DNA of 50,372 nucleotides from Perkinsus chesapeaki ATCC PRA-425 (lineage: Eukaryota > Protista > Perkinsozoa). The notes beneath the pieces are model-generated. The model worked only from the letters and a program-made list of their open reading frames with translations. It was not told where the DNA came from and searched no databases. Positions 1 through 11,000 of the stretch are shown one piece after another. The stretch lies in NCBI GenBank assembly GCA_013115145.1, contig JAAPAO010000225.1, forward strand, positions 1-50,372, read 5' to 3'. Numbering within the stretch: position 1 is the first letter of the stretch; every line of letters starts with the position of its first letter. The position numbers and the translations under genes are program-made.

Positions 1-49
1 AAACGGAAATGAAACCGCGCTCGCATGAGCGAAGCGAAGTATCACAGAT

Positions 50-93
50 ATACAAACGTCATGCATCTACAACTCGATGCATGACGTTTGTAT
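50..93. repeat. Perfect 18-bp inverted repeat with 8-nt loop
   Basis: ATACAAACGTCATGCATC (50-67) / TACAACTC / GATGCATGACGTTTGTAT (76-93), read directly. Confidence 0.95.
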
Positions 94-125
94 GATATAG
101 AGTATTATCCCTCTGTATTATTAAG

Positions 126-183
126 TAATAAATGCATTATAATAAGACCTAATAAATGCATTATAATAAGACCTAATAAATGC
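126..183. repeat. 24-bp tandem repeat, about 2.4 copies
   Basis: Unit TAATAAATGCATTATAATAAGACC at 126-149 and 150-173, partial to 183. Confidence 0.9.
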
Positions 184-247
184 CTCAAGCCCTATTCTTA
201 TATTATTCTACATCTCATCCTGTATTGCGCATTCCTTATATTACACA

Positions 248-285
248 TTAACATGCAAACGACCCAGGTTCGAACCCTGCCTACT
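248..285 (+). pseudogene. Degenerate tRNA 3'-half (T-arm), possibly Val(AAC)-like
   Basis: TAACATGCAAACGACCCAGGTTCGAACCCTG: T-stem CAGG/CCTG with B-box GGTTCGAACCC at 267-277. No D-arm seen. Confidence 0.5.
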
Positions 286-396
286 TCCCTTGGTTATTCG
301 GCCTCTTCGCAGCAGGCGTCGCTGTTCTTACATTACATTGGACGCCGTCGTCTGGTGCTGAGGTGGCAGCGCCTAAAAGATACTAAATAGGTCAGA

Positions 397-3221
397 ATGG
401 ATGCCTCTTTGGGACCTCTGAAATCATCTCCCTGCTTTTCTAGAAAGCCTCTAGCTGTTAAACGCATAGAGGAGCTGCCACATCCCGATACAGGTGATGA
501 AGATGACATTTATTCAACCTAATTCGAATCTTTTAGTAAAGCCTAGCTGGAGCTGGCTCGCCGAACCCAAGAGTTTGAACAGAGTACTATATCCTCTTGG
601 CTTCTATCGGATAAGATACCGTTCTTGCCAACAACGAAGCTAACACGATTGATTTAGCGCGCGCCCAGACGCTCGTTCGGACGAATGTGATGGTATTGTA
701 GAGGGCATATCTTAGGTTGAAGCATGCATCACGCGGGGTTAGGTGAAGGGCGGAACGGTGTCAGCTATATCTGGTTCTCTTCGATGGACCTTCCCGGCAA
801 ACGTCGAGGGAGCAGCTACTCTCCAGAGGAGCATGCTGGGTCATTTAGTGGATGTAAAATAAGTGGATTAGTCTTAACGTATCTGAACCTATTTCGTATC
901 TTCCCGCATTCAACCTAAGATTCTTCTTCACATCAGCTAATACAATTTTTCTTCTGTAATGACAAACCAATTTAATGGTAACCGTAGTAACGGTCTTTCC
1001 TCTTCTACTTGCTATTCCTCGTCTAGGCCTCAGTCATCCAAAACAAGTACGATTGCCCTCCTTCCTTTCCCTTCCCCTAACTAAGCCCCCTTCATGCTGT
1101 ATCCTTCTCAGGCTTAGCAGAGCCAATCCTTCGGTCGTATCGGTCCGATAGTGGTTGTGTGGCTCCTTCGCCTAGGTTGCATCCAAGGTCCAATATAACA
1201 CAGGTTGTTAACCCTTATGGAGGTATTCATCATCTTTGCTGTTATTTAATGACACTTATCGGTCAGGTACTGTTACTTATGCTCCATCAGAGTCAGGCGA
1301 AACGTCTATATTGCCACCACCACACGTAAATGCCCCACCCGAGGATCGAACCTGCGTCCTACTACCGTCTATTAGGTCCATAAGAAGCCTATATCTCTGC
1401 AGATCAGAATAGCCCTTCATTCCTCTCTTGCTGTTAACATTGCTTTGACTCTCGCTAAAGCCGTATGCTTGTTCGAAAGTGGCTCCTTAGCGGTGAGATC
1501 CCCCAGCTATTTTGCAAACCTTCATCGCTCTAGGCTTCGATCAGGTCTTGGCATCTTTGGTAGACTCTCTACTGGATCTTCTATCGCAGCTGGTAGGCTG
1601 CCTTCCCTCCCTTCTCGCTTCACACAGCAATCAGGTCCTTTGGTTCACTGAGCATAAGGCCAATCACTCTTACAATGAGACGTATCCTGCTGGACAGAGG
1701 CGCCTTGAGCCACTCGGTGTGGTAGTAAAACCGTGGTATTGTCCGGGCTAGTGTCAATTCCAGGTCATCTGTGCCTGCTGGATGGGCATGGCTTCTATAG
1801 AGGTCATAAGGGAGTCAGTCGAGCAGCTTGTTCAATATATCGGTAGTGTTTGGGATCCTTTATATCTACCTGACACAGGTGTTTGGTATATTAGGTACGG
1901 ATAAAGTTCCACCGCTGGACATGACTCCATTGGTTGCCGGTATAATGATAGCTGCTATCGCCTCTAAGACCATTCTGTACTAAAAGCTTGCTGCTGTGTA
2001 TTCGATGGGAGCTTATAACAGGTACTTTTACTGCCGTAAAGTAGGAGAGGAGGCTAACTCAGAGAACGTGAAAGCGTTGGCACAGGATCATATCAATGAC
2101 GTAATAGTTGATAGGGAGGGGGATGGGGTACGGTATGGTGGACTGCAGGTATTTTCCAACGCTGGTGCTGTTATAGCAGCTTGGGCAGCCTATCAAAGCC
2201 CAAAATTGTGGTGGGTGGATTCGACCTCCGCTGTAAGGATAGCTAGAGGTGTCAGAAAAGCATCCAAGTCATCGGTGATGTTGTAGATACTAATTTCATT
2301 GTACATTATCGGATCATGGATAGAGACTGGGAAGGAGCAGGCTGCTATGATCGCTGGCCGATCCGCAGACCCAGAGTTCCTGGCTAATATTAGAGATATT
2401 GCAAACCAGTATCATCCGGAGCTGTAATAAGGAAGGATGGCTTTCTTGGCTTTTCCCTTGGATATACACATGTATATAGTATGTATGTAGTTTGCTACTT
2501 GTTCTATAGCTTGCTCTATAGTGTGCTACTTACTATAATTATTTAACATCATCGATATAACTGTATAAACGTCTGAGGGCTAGTAGATACTGGGTACTCA
2601 ATCACCAAATGCGAGAATTAAGCCTTATGTACCACCATCAGTATATATATATTGAAAATCACCACAAACAGTGAGCTCGATTGCCCTAGGCTTGCAGCTC
2701 TATTAACTAATTCGTACTTGATAGATATATTATTCTTTAGAGGGAGCTAATCTGCCTTTTCTGAATTTCTGATTTCAGGTATGCCGATATCATCCGAGCT
2801 TATCACTTCGGGCCAAACTTCCTTGTTGAATTGGAAATGGTGCTGCCGGAGACTTACCAGCTCAGAGAGAGTCACGATATAGGTATGAAGTGGGCTTTAG
2901 CGGAGCGAAGTAGTTTTTGTTTTACAGGCATGGGCTTGCAGCATAAGATTGAGAGCCTCGATCGTGTGGAGCGAGCCTTTGTCCATATTGACTATCAAGA
3001 ACGGCCCTACGACGAGCACGATGAGAACTCGTGGCCAAATGAGTAGGGAAAAGACCGGTGGCAGAAAAAGGGACAGTTTGTGTGTTGACAGGTACTATGA
3101 GAAGGTTAGAGGATCTCCACGGCAAAAATCGGCTAAATGCCGGGCAGTGGTGGAGGATAAAAAGGGAGAATCGGAAGCTGATGGGGGCAGTATCTTTGAT
3201 ACCCTAGCCAGAAAACTGTAA
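397..3221 (+). CDS. Cation diffusion facilitator, Mn-CDF/metal tolerance protein (MTP8-11-like), multi-exon; start uncertain
   Basis: Spliced exons give IRIALHSSLAVNIALTLAKA, LASLVDSLLDLLSQLVLWFT, YPAGQRRLEPLGV, ALAQDHINDV, WWVDS, GRSADPEFL, IIRAYHFG..VELEMVLPE..LRESHDIG and VERAFVHIDY, which match plant MTP/Mn-CDF motifs. Confidence 0.88.
1330..1402 (-). pseudogene. tRNA-like element occupying the 77-nt intron 1326-1402, antisense to the host gene
   Basis: Reverse complement reads ...GGCTTCTTATG...GGACGCAGGTTCGATCCTCGGGTGGGGCA (T-loop plus acceptor-like end). Flanking exons join in frame (PPPH|IRIAL). Confidence 0.65.
2242..2258 (-). repeat. Dispersed 17-bp motif copy 1 (GCTAGAGGTGTCAGAAA on +), in a 54-nt MTP intron
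   Basis: Exact match to the copies at 5004, 14568, 18873, 19412 and 46961. Confidence 0.9.
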
Positions 3222-3454
3222 TTACTCTTACTCTATATCATCATCATCTTTACTGCTATATTACTAACGGCATCATTACTGTGCATCGCGGAGGCTCGAG
3301 AAGCTCTGTGTAAGAATTATTGTAGGGTTGAGTGGATGGAGACTGTGATTAGCTACATGCTGCTTCACAGGATCATCTGCTACCACGCTTGGAAGGTTTC
3401 GGAGTGGTCCCCTTTCTGAGGTGGATGAGTTGGGTTGGGCATATACAGGGCTTT

Positions 3455-3494
3455 GTGGGCTGGGGATCGAACCTGGGCGGTCTGCATGAAAGTA
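3455..3494 (-). pseudogene. Degenerate tRNA 3'-half, Glu(TTC)-like, just upstream of the SEC22 ATG
   Basis: Reverse complement CTTTCATGCAGACCGCCCAGGTTCGATCCCCAGCCCAC: TTC anticodon-like loop, short variable region, B-box. Confidence 0.5.
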
Positions 3495-3505
3495 GTTGTT
3501 TACTA

Positions 3506-4996
3506 ATGTGCGACCTAACCTTTATAGCGCGTGTATCTGACGGGCTTATCTTTACCGAGACATGGGATGGAGGGAAGGAAGGCCAAGCCATGGCCAAATA
3601 TAAGCAGCAGGTAGTAGCGGGATAAGCGTCATTCCGGGAGGAATTGAGGAAGGAGCGGTATGATATTTTAGGCGAAGCAGCTGTTACGCCATATGAATTC
3701 ATTCCCACCACAGTGCTCGATCGATACAGGGGCGTATGTTTTCCAGTAAGTTAGATGGGCTTCGCTCCGCCTTTCCATTCGTGATCTTTCAGCTACATTA
3801 CCGATGGCGGTATAGTGTACATGACTCTGTGCGATCAGAGGTATCCGAAGAAGCTAGCGTTCTCGTTTTTAGAGGTAGTGGGTGGGGGGATTTTGGTTGG
3901 ATATGAGGAAAGTGTGGTATAGGAAATACGGCAAGCATTTGTCGAGGAGTTGGCCAGGGAATTCGGCACGACAGACAGTTTGGACTACCGGCAACATATA
4001 GAGGCTATTAATAAGCCCTATCACTTCATTTCCTTTGGTGAGATTTGGCGGAGCGAAGCGATTCATGAATTACACTTTTGGCGTTGTCAGATCGGCAGAT
4101 TACGAAGAGAAGGAATGATTATCGAGACCCGACATCTACTAAAGCGCTAAATAGGTTGAATGACAGTTTAACGGAGGTTAATAGTATTATGCAGAAAAAT
4201 ATAGATGATATCCTTACAAGAGGTGATAGAGGGAAACAAAGGGACGGCGGCGGTGGCGGCGGCCTGTAGCTCATTTGAAATAGCTATTTTCTAGCTAATA
4301 GGAATAGCCTATTTGTAGAGCATTCAATCGGACTTGTGTGGTATTGGGGTGTTGTTTATATATATCAGCAGACAGCAGAGAAATATCTAATTAATGAGGA
4401 CCTTGCTAGTCTTCCAGAGGTGTAGGGGCTTTTAGGAGATTTTTGGTAGCACTGTTGGTGTTCACTGGGGAAATGATTTCAAGTTGAGAGTTTGAGGGCA
4501 ATCAAGTGGGGGTGCAGTAGTTGTGGTGATTAGGTGAGAAATTAGAGGATGTGGGGAGAAGAGCAAATGACTTGAAGGACGCAAGCAAGTCGTTTTCAAA
4601 GAAGGCCAGGATGATCAATTTGCAGGTAGTAGTTGATGGGGAGAGCGGTTTAAAGTGAATATCCTGCTATTGGATATATACTCGGGGGGCGCAGGTTCGA
4701 ATCCTGGGAGGGTATTTTCGGATGACGTTGTCTCGATAAGCATTGCCCATTCCCAATATAACGTGTCCTTTCTGTAAGGGCTTTTCTTACGCAGTGATCA
4801 TGGCTCCGGCTGCTGCTGGTGCATCGGCATGTCGGAGTGTTTGAATCTCTTTACTGTATTTGAAAGGGGTGGAAATTGGTTAATGCACAATTGATGTGGT
4901 CTGATGGCTCTCTTTTAGGCGATGTTCCGCAAGCACGCAACTATGGCCATTTTCCTCATATTTTTCCTCTTTATTATATGGTGGAAAGCATGCTGA
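3506..4996 (+). CDS. SEC22: Longin R-SNARE SEC22, multi-exon
   Basis: MCDLTFIARVSDGLIF, YMTLCDQRYPKKLAFSFLE, INKPYHFISFD, LNDSLTEVNSIMQKNIDDILTRG (SNARE coil), ASKSFSKKARMINLQ and C-terminal TM AMFRKHATMAIFLIFFLFIIWWKAC*. Confidence 0.92.
4626..4715 (+). pseudogene. Near-full-length degenerate tRNA-Ser/Leu-like sequence at the start of the last SEC22 intron
   Basis: D-arm-like GGGGAGAGCGGTTTAAAGTG, stem-loop ATATCC-TGCTATT-GGATAT, long variable region, T-arm GCAGGTTCGAATCCTG. Intron 4626-4918. Confidence 0.65.
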
Positions 4997-5003
4997 TGAG
5001 ACA

Positions 5004-5020
5004 GCTAGAGGTGTCAGAAA
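5004..5020 (-). repeat. Dispersed 17-bp motif copy 2, 8 nt after the SEC22 stop
   Basis: GCTAGAGGTGTCAGAAA exact. Confidence 0.9.
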
Positions 5021-5532
5021 AAGCCAACGACAGAGAGAGCGACCACACCTCACTATAGCGTGACCATTGCTTATATACTAACTCCTTATCCTTGTCTACT
5101 CTGCTGCTGCTGCCAAGGCGTCGCCATCTGATCACTTTTCTAATGTGCTTATTGGAGGAGGACTGTTGAGTTGGACGATGAAGATTGCGATGCGATTGGT
5201 TTTAGCTTAATTAGGATCGATTCATCATTCAAGGTGGAAATGCAGCATACTCCACCGGATACGGATCGAACGGATTTGGAGCAAGACCCGCTGGCAAAAG
5301 CTGTTACGGCGTCATTGTGGGTCAATGGGGAGCGCGACTTAGTCATTTAGGCAGCTTCAGTTCGGATTGTGTTTATTTGTATTATTGTAGGGCGGTTGGT
5401 GGAAGGTCGTTGTTAAAGCCGCTGGGAGACTATTCGTCGGAATTAGGTCATGGTTGGACTCCTAGTTGATATCGGCTTTTAAGTTAACGGGTAGAAACAC
5501 ACTGACAAAATATCGTTGTCAAACTCGCAACC

Positions 5533-7423
5533 ATGCGGGAATTGCACTTGGGACATTCTCCTGAGGAAGATATGGTATGGCTCTGTGAGGTGTTTGATTT
5601 ATTTTATTGCAAGCCATCCGCCTGGGTTCGATTCCCCAATGCGGCATTTTTTCGGTATTATTTTATCTACTCGCTTATCAGATACACACCCTCGGGAGTG
5701 CCTCACCGATGCCTGGACTTCGTCAGAGTGTAGGTGGACGCCGTCGACAATGAGATAACGCTTTTGTGGTGTAGGAAAATAGCGTCGCTTCGGCGGGAAA
5801 ATGAAGAGTTATTGGATAAAGTGGAAGAGTTAGAAAGCACATTGCGGATAGTTCAAACTGGTAGTGAGGGTGCTGAGAAGACACGCTAGATGGTGTTGTG
5901 TAGCGCAATCATGGGCGATAGCAGCCGCTACCAAGGAAGGAGAGGAGGGTGGTAAGGCGCAGCTTCGATCCACGGGAGAGGCATTTTTGAGGTAGGGTGG
6001 ACGGTGGAGCAAGCAAGGAAAATAAAAGAGATTACGCTGTTACTAATGCAAGCGAAGCAGGCTAAGGAGGAAGCGATGAACTTCACTAAAGCGGGCAAGG
6101 TAATTTCGTGGCGCACTTTGTTGGATTGGGCTTGAATGCTGGTTGTGATGGTTGTAGGGTCAGCTGTATGAGAAGGTAAGATCTTTGAAGGTTCAATTAG
6201 CTAAGGAAAGAGAGGAGAAATTAATGATGAAGCAAAGGTAGTGGTGGGGGAACAGAGCTGGTTCTGAAACTTGCCGGCTTTTGTATAATAATATATCCAT
6301 TATATATAATAATATATCCATTGTATATACTAATATATCCATTATATATAATAATATATCCATTATATATACTAATATATCCATTATATATACTAANNNN
6401 NNNNNNNNNNNNNNNNNNNNNNNNNNNNNNNNNNNNNNNNNNNNNNNNNNNNNNNNNNNNNNNNNNNNNNNNNNNNNNNNNNNNNNNNNNNNNNTATATA
6501 CTAATATATCCATTATATATAATAATATATCCATTATATATACTAATATATCCATTATATATACTAATAATAATAATGGATAATAGTTGAATGGTGTAAT
6601 ATTAAGTATGACTTATTATTATATAAACGTAAAAGTCATTAGAATTGGCTGACATCTCGGCAATACTAATGTAATTCTCTTCGGTGTCGTTGTTATTCGC
6701 TTATCATTTGTGGACCGATTCCCACGGGATATATGAAACTTGGTATTAGTAGCATCAAACCACATAAACTTTATCTCCCAGGTAGATGTATAACTTCTTT
6801 TGTATCCTATAGTTGATAGTGACGTAACAGTAAAGATGAGTTCATAGTGCAGTGCTATCAGCATTGCTGTTAGCATCTGCGTGATGGTTAATGTTGTATG
6901 CTGATGATTGTCTTCATCCGGCCTTTGCTGTTGAGTAGGTTAGGGATGGTATTCAGTCAAGCAGCGGAGATAAGGAAGGCTAATAAGGACTTGGAGGTGA
7001 TTACCAGTTGCTGGGGGGGATAAGGGTTTGGTTTAAGGAGCGATTGGGGAGGGAGAGAGAAGAGTGGCAGCGGCTGGTGAAGGGAATGAAGGAGAGTCAT
7101 GTGGAGAGTATGCGGCAATTGCGACAGGAAATTGGGGAGCAGTCGATTCACGCGGTTGAGAAGGTCCGCCAGCTTAACCAGGTGATGCGACAGGGCGTGG
7201 GTTCGATCCTTGCACATGTCATTTTTAGTTCGGAGAGCGAGTCATGTCGGAGCTGACCGAGTTGCAAGAGCATCTTTCAATGGTAGACAGTTCTTGTGCA
7301 ACTCTCCTCCACCTCGGCCGTCAGGTTCGACAAAGCGATTCGCTCAGCGCGTTGGCACCATTAATGGTGGGAGAAAGCACCACTAGTCTGCCGCCTATAC
7401 CGCAGTCGAGGAAAAGCTCTTGA
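5533..7423 (+). CDS. Hypothetical coiled-coil protein, multi-exon
   Basis: GT-AG-bounded exons splice in frame: MRELHLGHSPEEDM|IHTLGSASP..., KERLGREREEWQRLVKGMKESHVESMRQLRQEIG..., FGERVMSELTELQEHLSMVD...RKSS*. Confidence 0.6.
5575..5652 (+). pseudogene. tRNA-like 3'-half (Gly/His-type) plus T6 run in intron 5575-5681
   Basis: TTGCAAGCCATCCGCCTGGGTTCGATTCCCCAATGCGGCA followed by TTTTTT. B-box at 5625-5635. Confidence 0.55.
6283..6565. repeat. 21-bp AT-rich minisatellite spanning an assembly gap (N run about 6397-6493), intronic
   Basis: Unit TATA(A/C)TAATATATCCATTATA repeated on both sides of the Ns. Confidence 0.95.
7197..7228 (+). other. 32-nt intron consisting largely of a tRNA B-box/T-loop-like sequence
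   Basis: GTGGGTTCGATCCTTGCACATGTCATTTTTAG; removal restores frame (RQG|FGERV). Confidence 0.45.
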
Positions 7424-7640
7424 TGGGAAGCATGGTCGGATATGGTGTAGCATTATTATTGATAGTTGTTGGGTTTGGGGGGAGGGGAATGATTAATAGT
7501 TGTTGCTGTTATTTTAAATGTTGGAATTGAGCAGTGTATCCGGATTGAGGACAGCGGCGGCTTTGTTGCGATCAAGTGGCATAGTGTTGAATCAAATACC
7601 GATTGGAGGAGTGTTGGCAGAGGCGGCTGAAAGGTAATAA

Positions 7641-7890
7641 GGGTATTAATAAAGATAGGTGTATTAATAAAGATAGGGGTATCAATGAAGATAGGGGTAT
7701 TAATAAAGATAGGTGTATTAATAAAGATAAGGGTATTAATAAAGATAGGGGTATTAATAAAGATAGGGGTATTAATAAAGATAAGGGTATTAATAAAGAT
7801 AGGGGTATTAATAAAGATAAGGGTATTAATAAAGATAGGGGTATCAATGAAGATAAGGGTATTAATAAAGATAGGGGTATCAATGAAGAT
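7641..7890. repeat. 18-bp minisatellite, about 14 copies, intergenic
   Basis: Unit GGTAT(T/C)AAT(A/G)AAGATA(G/A)G. It generates the periodic ORFs at 7572, 7603 and 7685. Confidence 0.95.
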
Positions 7891-8039
7891 ATCAGTTTAA
7901 ATAAGGATTGTTTTGTTTTTATACTTTTGCTTTTGTGTGTTCCTTCTATTGAGATAATATTAAACTGCAAAGAGCCGCTCTTAAACATTACTATGTATAT
8001 TCGTTTGTATCATCTTCATCTGAGTAGTCCAGCATTAGC

Positions 8040-11000
8040 ATGACTATTGATCAAGCCGCTGCTATTACCTTACAATGGCAGTAAACTAGCTTATCTATCC
8101 AAAGCACCTTTTAACCTCTTAGTGGCTGTTTTATGAGTTGGTCTTGCCTTTAGTATTTGCTCTAACGATTTGGAGGCAGAACGCCGGCGAAGGGTGACGG
8201 CTGAAGTTGTAGGGATCGATAACTCGCTTATGCCCCCAGTGGAGCAGTACATGCATAAAAAGGTAGAAGCGAATTCTCGCGCGCCGCGAAATTATAATAT
8301 GTTTCAGCGCTTGATAGGAGCGGTGCGGCCGTTGTTGGAGGGTAGATTGGGAGGCTCACTGGTGACCTTCGGTTCGTGTGAGAATGGATTCTGGGTGAAT
8401 GGGTCGGATATAGATGCTTGTATGGTATTGAAGAATGCCAGGACAAAACAGGTTATAGGGGAAGGGTGGAAAGAGGGAGTGGGAAAGAATTAAAAGAGGT
8501 TTTGGGAGCGGGTATATAGCAGATGCTTTGCGCTCGGTCTGGGGGCAGCAGCGCGAAATGGCCGGGGCAATAGTATTATACTTTATGGTAATGAAAAATG
8601 CAAGGACAAAACAGGTTATAGGGGAAGGGAGAGAATTAAATGGAGATAGCAGCTTATGGGAACGGGTCTTGAGTAGATTCATCGTGCTCGGATTGGGCGA
8701 AGCAGCGCGAAATGGAGGGGACAATAGTATTGTGATTCAGAGGACAAGTGTGGGGTTCGTTACGGCTTTTTTGGGCAGCTTTGTGTCTATAGTACTTGGC
8801 ATCCATAAGTTATCATTTGCTGGCTCAGATTTGTGTATCTAAGCTTCAAGCGATAAAATCAGCATTGAACCGATTGACTATGGCATCCCCATCTGATGCA
8901 GCTAAGGATGTAGCGCGGGTTATGCTAATACGGGGAGCGAGAGTACCGGTGGCTAAGGTATTTGATAGTGAAGGAAAGAATGTAATAGGGAGGGAGGAGG
9001 CGAGGGGTTACTGTACTACTCCAGCGGTTGATAGCATTACGTATTATTTCTGGAGCATCTCAGTGGGTAGGTGGAATTGATAGGGTTTGATGATCTTATA
9101 TAGGTATTGGATATATCTATTAACAATACAGTGGCTATTGAGAATTCACAGTTAGTAGCGGTATGGACTGATTTAGATCATAGAGTTCGGACATTGGGAA
9201 GGTAAGGGGAAGGAGGCGGAGGCTGGCAGGATTATGCTCACTTTTAATTGAACGTCACCGTTAGTTGTTCAATATGCTTTTGTAGGGTTATAAAGTATTG
9301 GGCAAAACGAAGGCAGATTAATAATAGGAGCCAAGGCACATTTTCAACGGTGAGAGGCATGGCTGGGAAATAGTACGGATTGGTGTTGTCTCAGTACACA
9401 CTAATACTGCAGTTAGTTTATTTATTGCAAACCCGACAAAAGCATCCGATTTTGCCGTTATATAGGGATATGGAGCTATTCGCTACGGCTGAAGAGGAGA
9501 GCAGTGAAGGTATTAAGGGAAAGAAGAGAGTGCCATGGGATGGATCAATTGGTTTGGCTTGGCGGCTGAACGACTATGGAACAACTGTGGTTCGATCCCT
9601 GCATGCCTCGTTTTTCCAGGCGAAGATGGGTCGGGTGGCGATCAGATAGAATCTGTGGAGGCCGAGACTGACGGGGAGAGTGTTACGGTTGCTGGCAATA
9701 GTGCAGATGCGTCCCACAGTGAAGGTGAGTAGCCGGCGATCGGTGTCCTGGGGAATTGTTAGTAGGCTGGAGCGATATGGATGGAACGTTGCGACCACTG
9801 CCGTTCATGACTAATCGAGAGGAGATATTTGCAAAGTGCGAGGAGCTTGGGAATAACTCGGAGTCGGTTGGGGAGCTGCTCATGGCATTTTTTGAGCTTT
9901 ATGGGAGTGAGAGGATGGCAGGGGGAGCGGAGGTAGGGAGGAGGGAGCGGTATGGTTTACTAGTGTTTTGTGATACAAAAATCGTATATATATGTGTTGG
10001 GTTACCCCATAGGGTACAATAGAGTGAGTTTTGAGTAAAGGCATACAGTGCGTTCGCGTTTGTTGGGCAAGTCGCTAAAATTGGAATGATGAAACTGAAG
10101 TGAGACCTTGAGTACTGTAGCTACTTGACAAGAGGAATCGATTGGTATGGTAATATTAGGAGGGGTTATTGGAGGGAGCGGTAGGAAATATTGGCATTAT
10201 GCTATGTGTATGGATCTAAACATAGCATTGAGCGAAGGTATATGGTCATATTAGGAGCATTGGTGGGAGAGAACGGTATGAACTCGGTCTGGTCGAGATT
10301 TCCTGTCCGGTATGATAATCCATAGCTTATCCTTTGAAGGTGCTCTGTTACGATGGTTCAATAAACTACTTTGAGGATAAAGAGGAAGTGACAGGAGGAC
10401 AGTGTGGGGAGGAGGAAGGAACAGTACCACAGCAGCAGCCACAGGAGCATGTGTTGGTGATGAGATGCCCAATTAGCAAGAAGGATGTTAATCCGATGAA
10501 CAGGGCGGTTTGGGAGGTAATAAGAGAGGGGGGAATAGTTGGATGTTAGTAGTAGGTATTACATGGTGAATTTGTAAGGGCACATAGCATGCTTTTGGAA
10601 GGGGCTACATTGGATGAGGTAATAGAGGAAAGAGTGGTATGAGGGGGGAGGGCTGGGGAGGGGGTGTTAAAGTTTATATGGGAACTTGTATACAAAGAAG
10701 TGTTGCGATAATCTTCCATTGTACTTAAGGGTGATGGTCCTATTGTCGAAAGATTGGTATTGTTTATCTTGAGATTCACTTCATTACAATATCTGGGTTC
10801 TCTACTTCAATGTGGTTCTATTAGTAGGTATGTGAGCCAGCTGAGGAATCACCTTTGACGGTTCGAAGGCGCCGTAGACAGGAGGAGAGAAGGCAGGCAA
10901 AAGCAGCAGAGGAAAGTGGGGATAGGGGCGGATCATCGCAGAACTTCAAATTTAGCTGTGATAGAATCAACCTATCGACATTTCTAGTGCTTTCCCGGGA

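Noticed and set aside
4255-4345. GGCCTGTAGCTCA A-box-like sequence in a SEC22 intron
   Set aside because: No T-arm or cloverleaf follows; too short to support.
6193-6590. ORFs MDILVY/YTNISII/YILIYPL
   Set aside because: Translations of the 21-bp minisatellite across an N gap.
7572-8043. Periodic ORFs (INKDRG, LLIPLS, IKIGVL repeats)
   Set aside because: They are translations of the 18-bp minisatellite open in several frames, and the TUTase model starts at 8040 without them.
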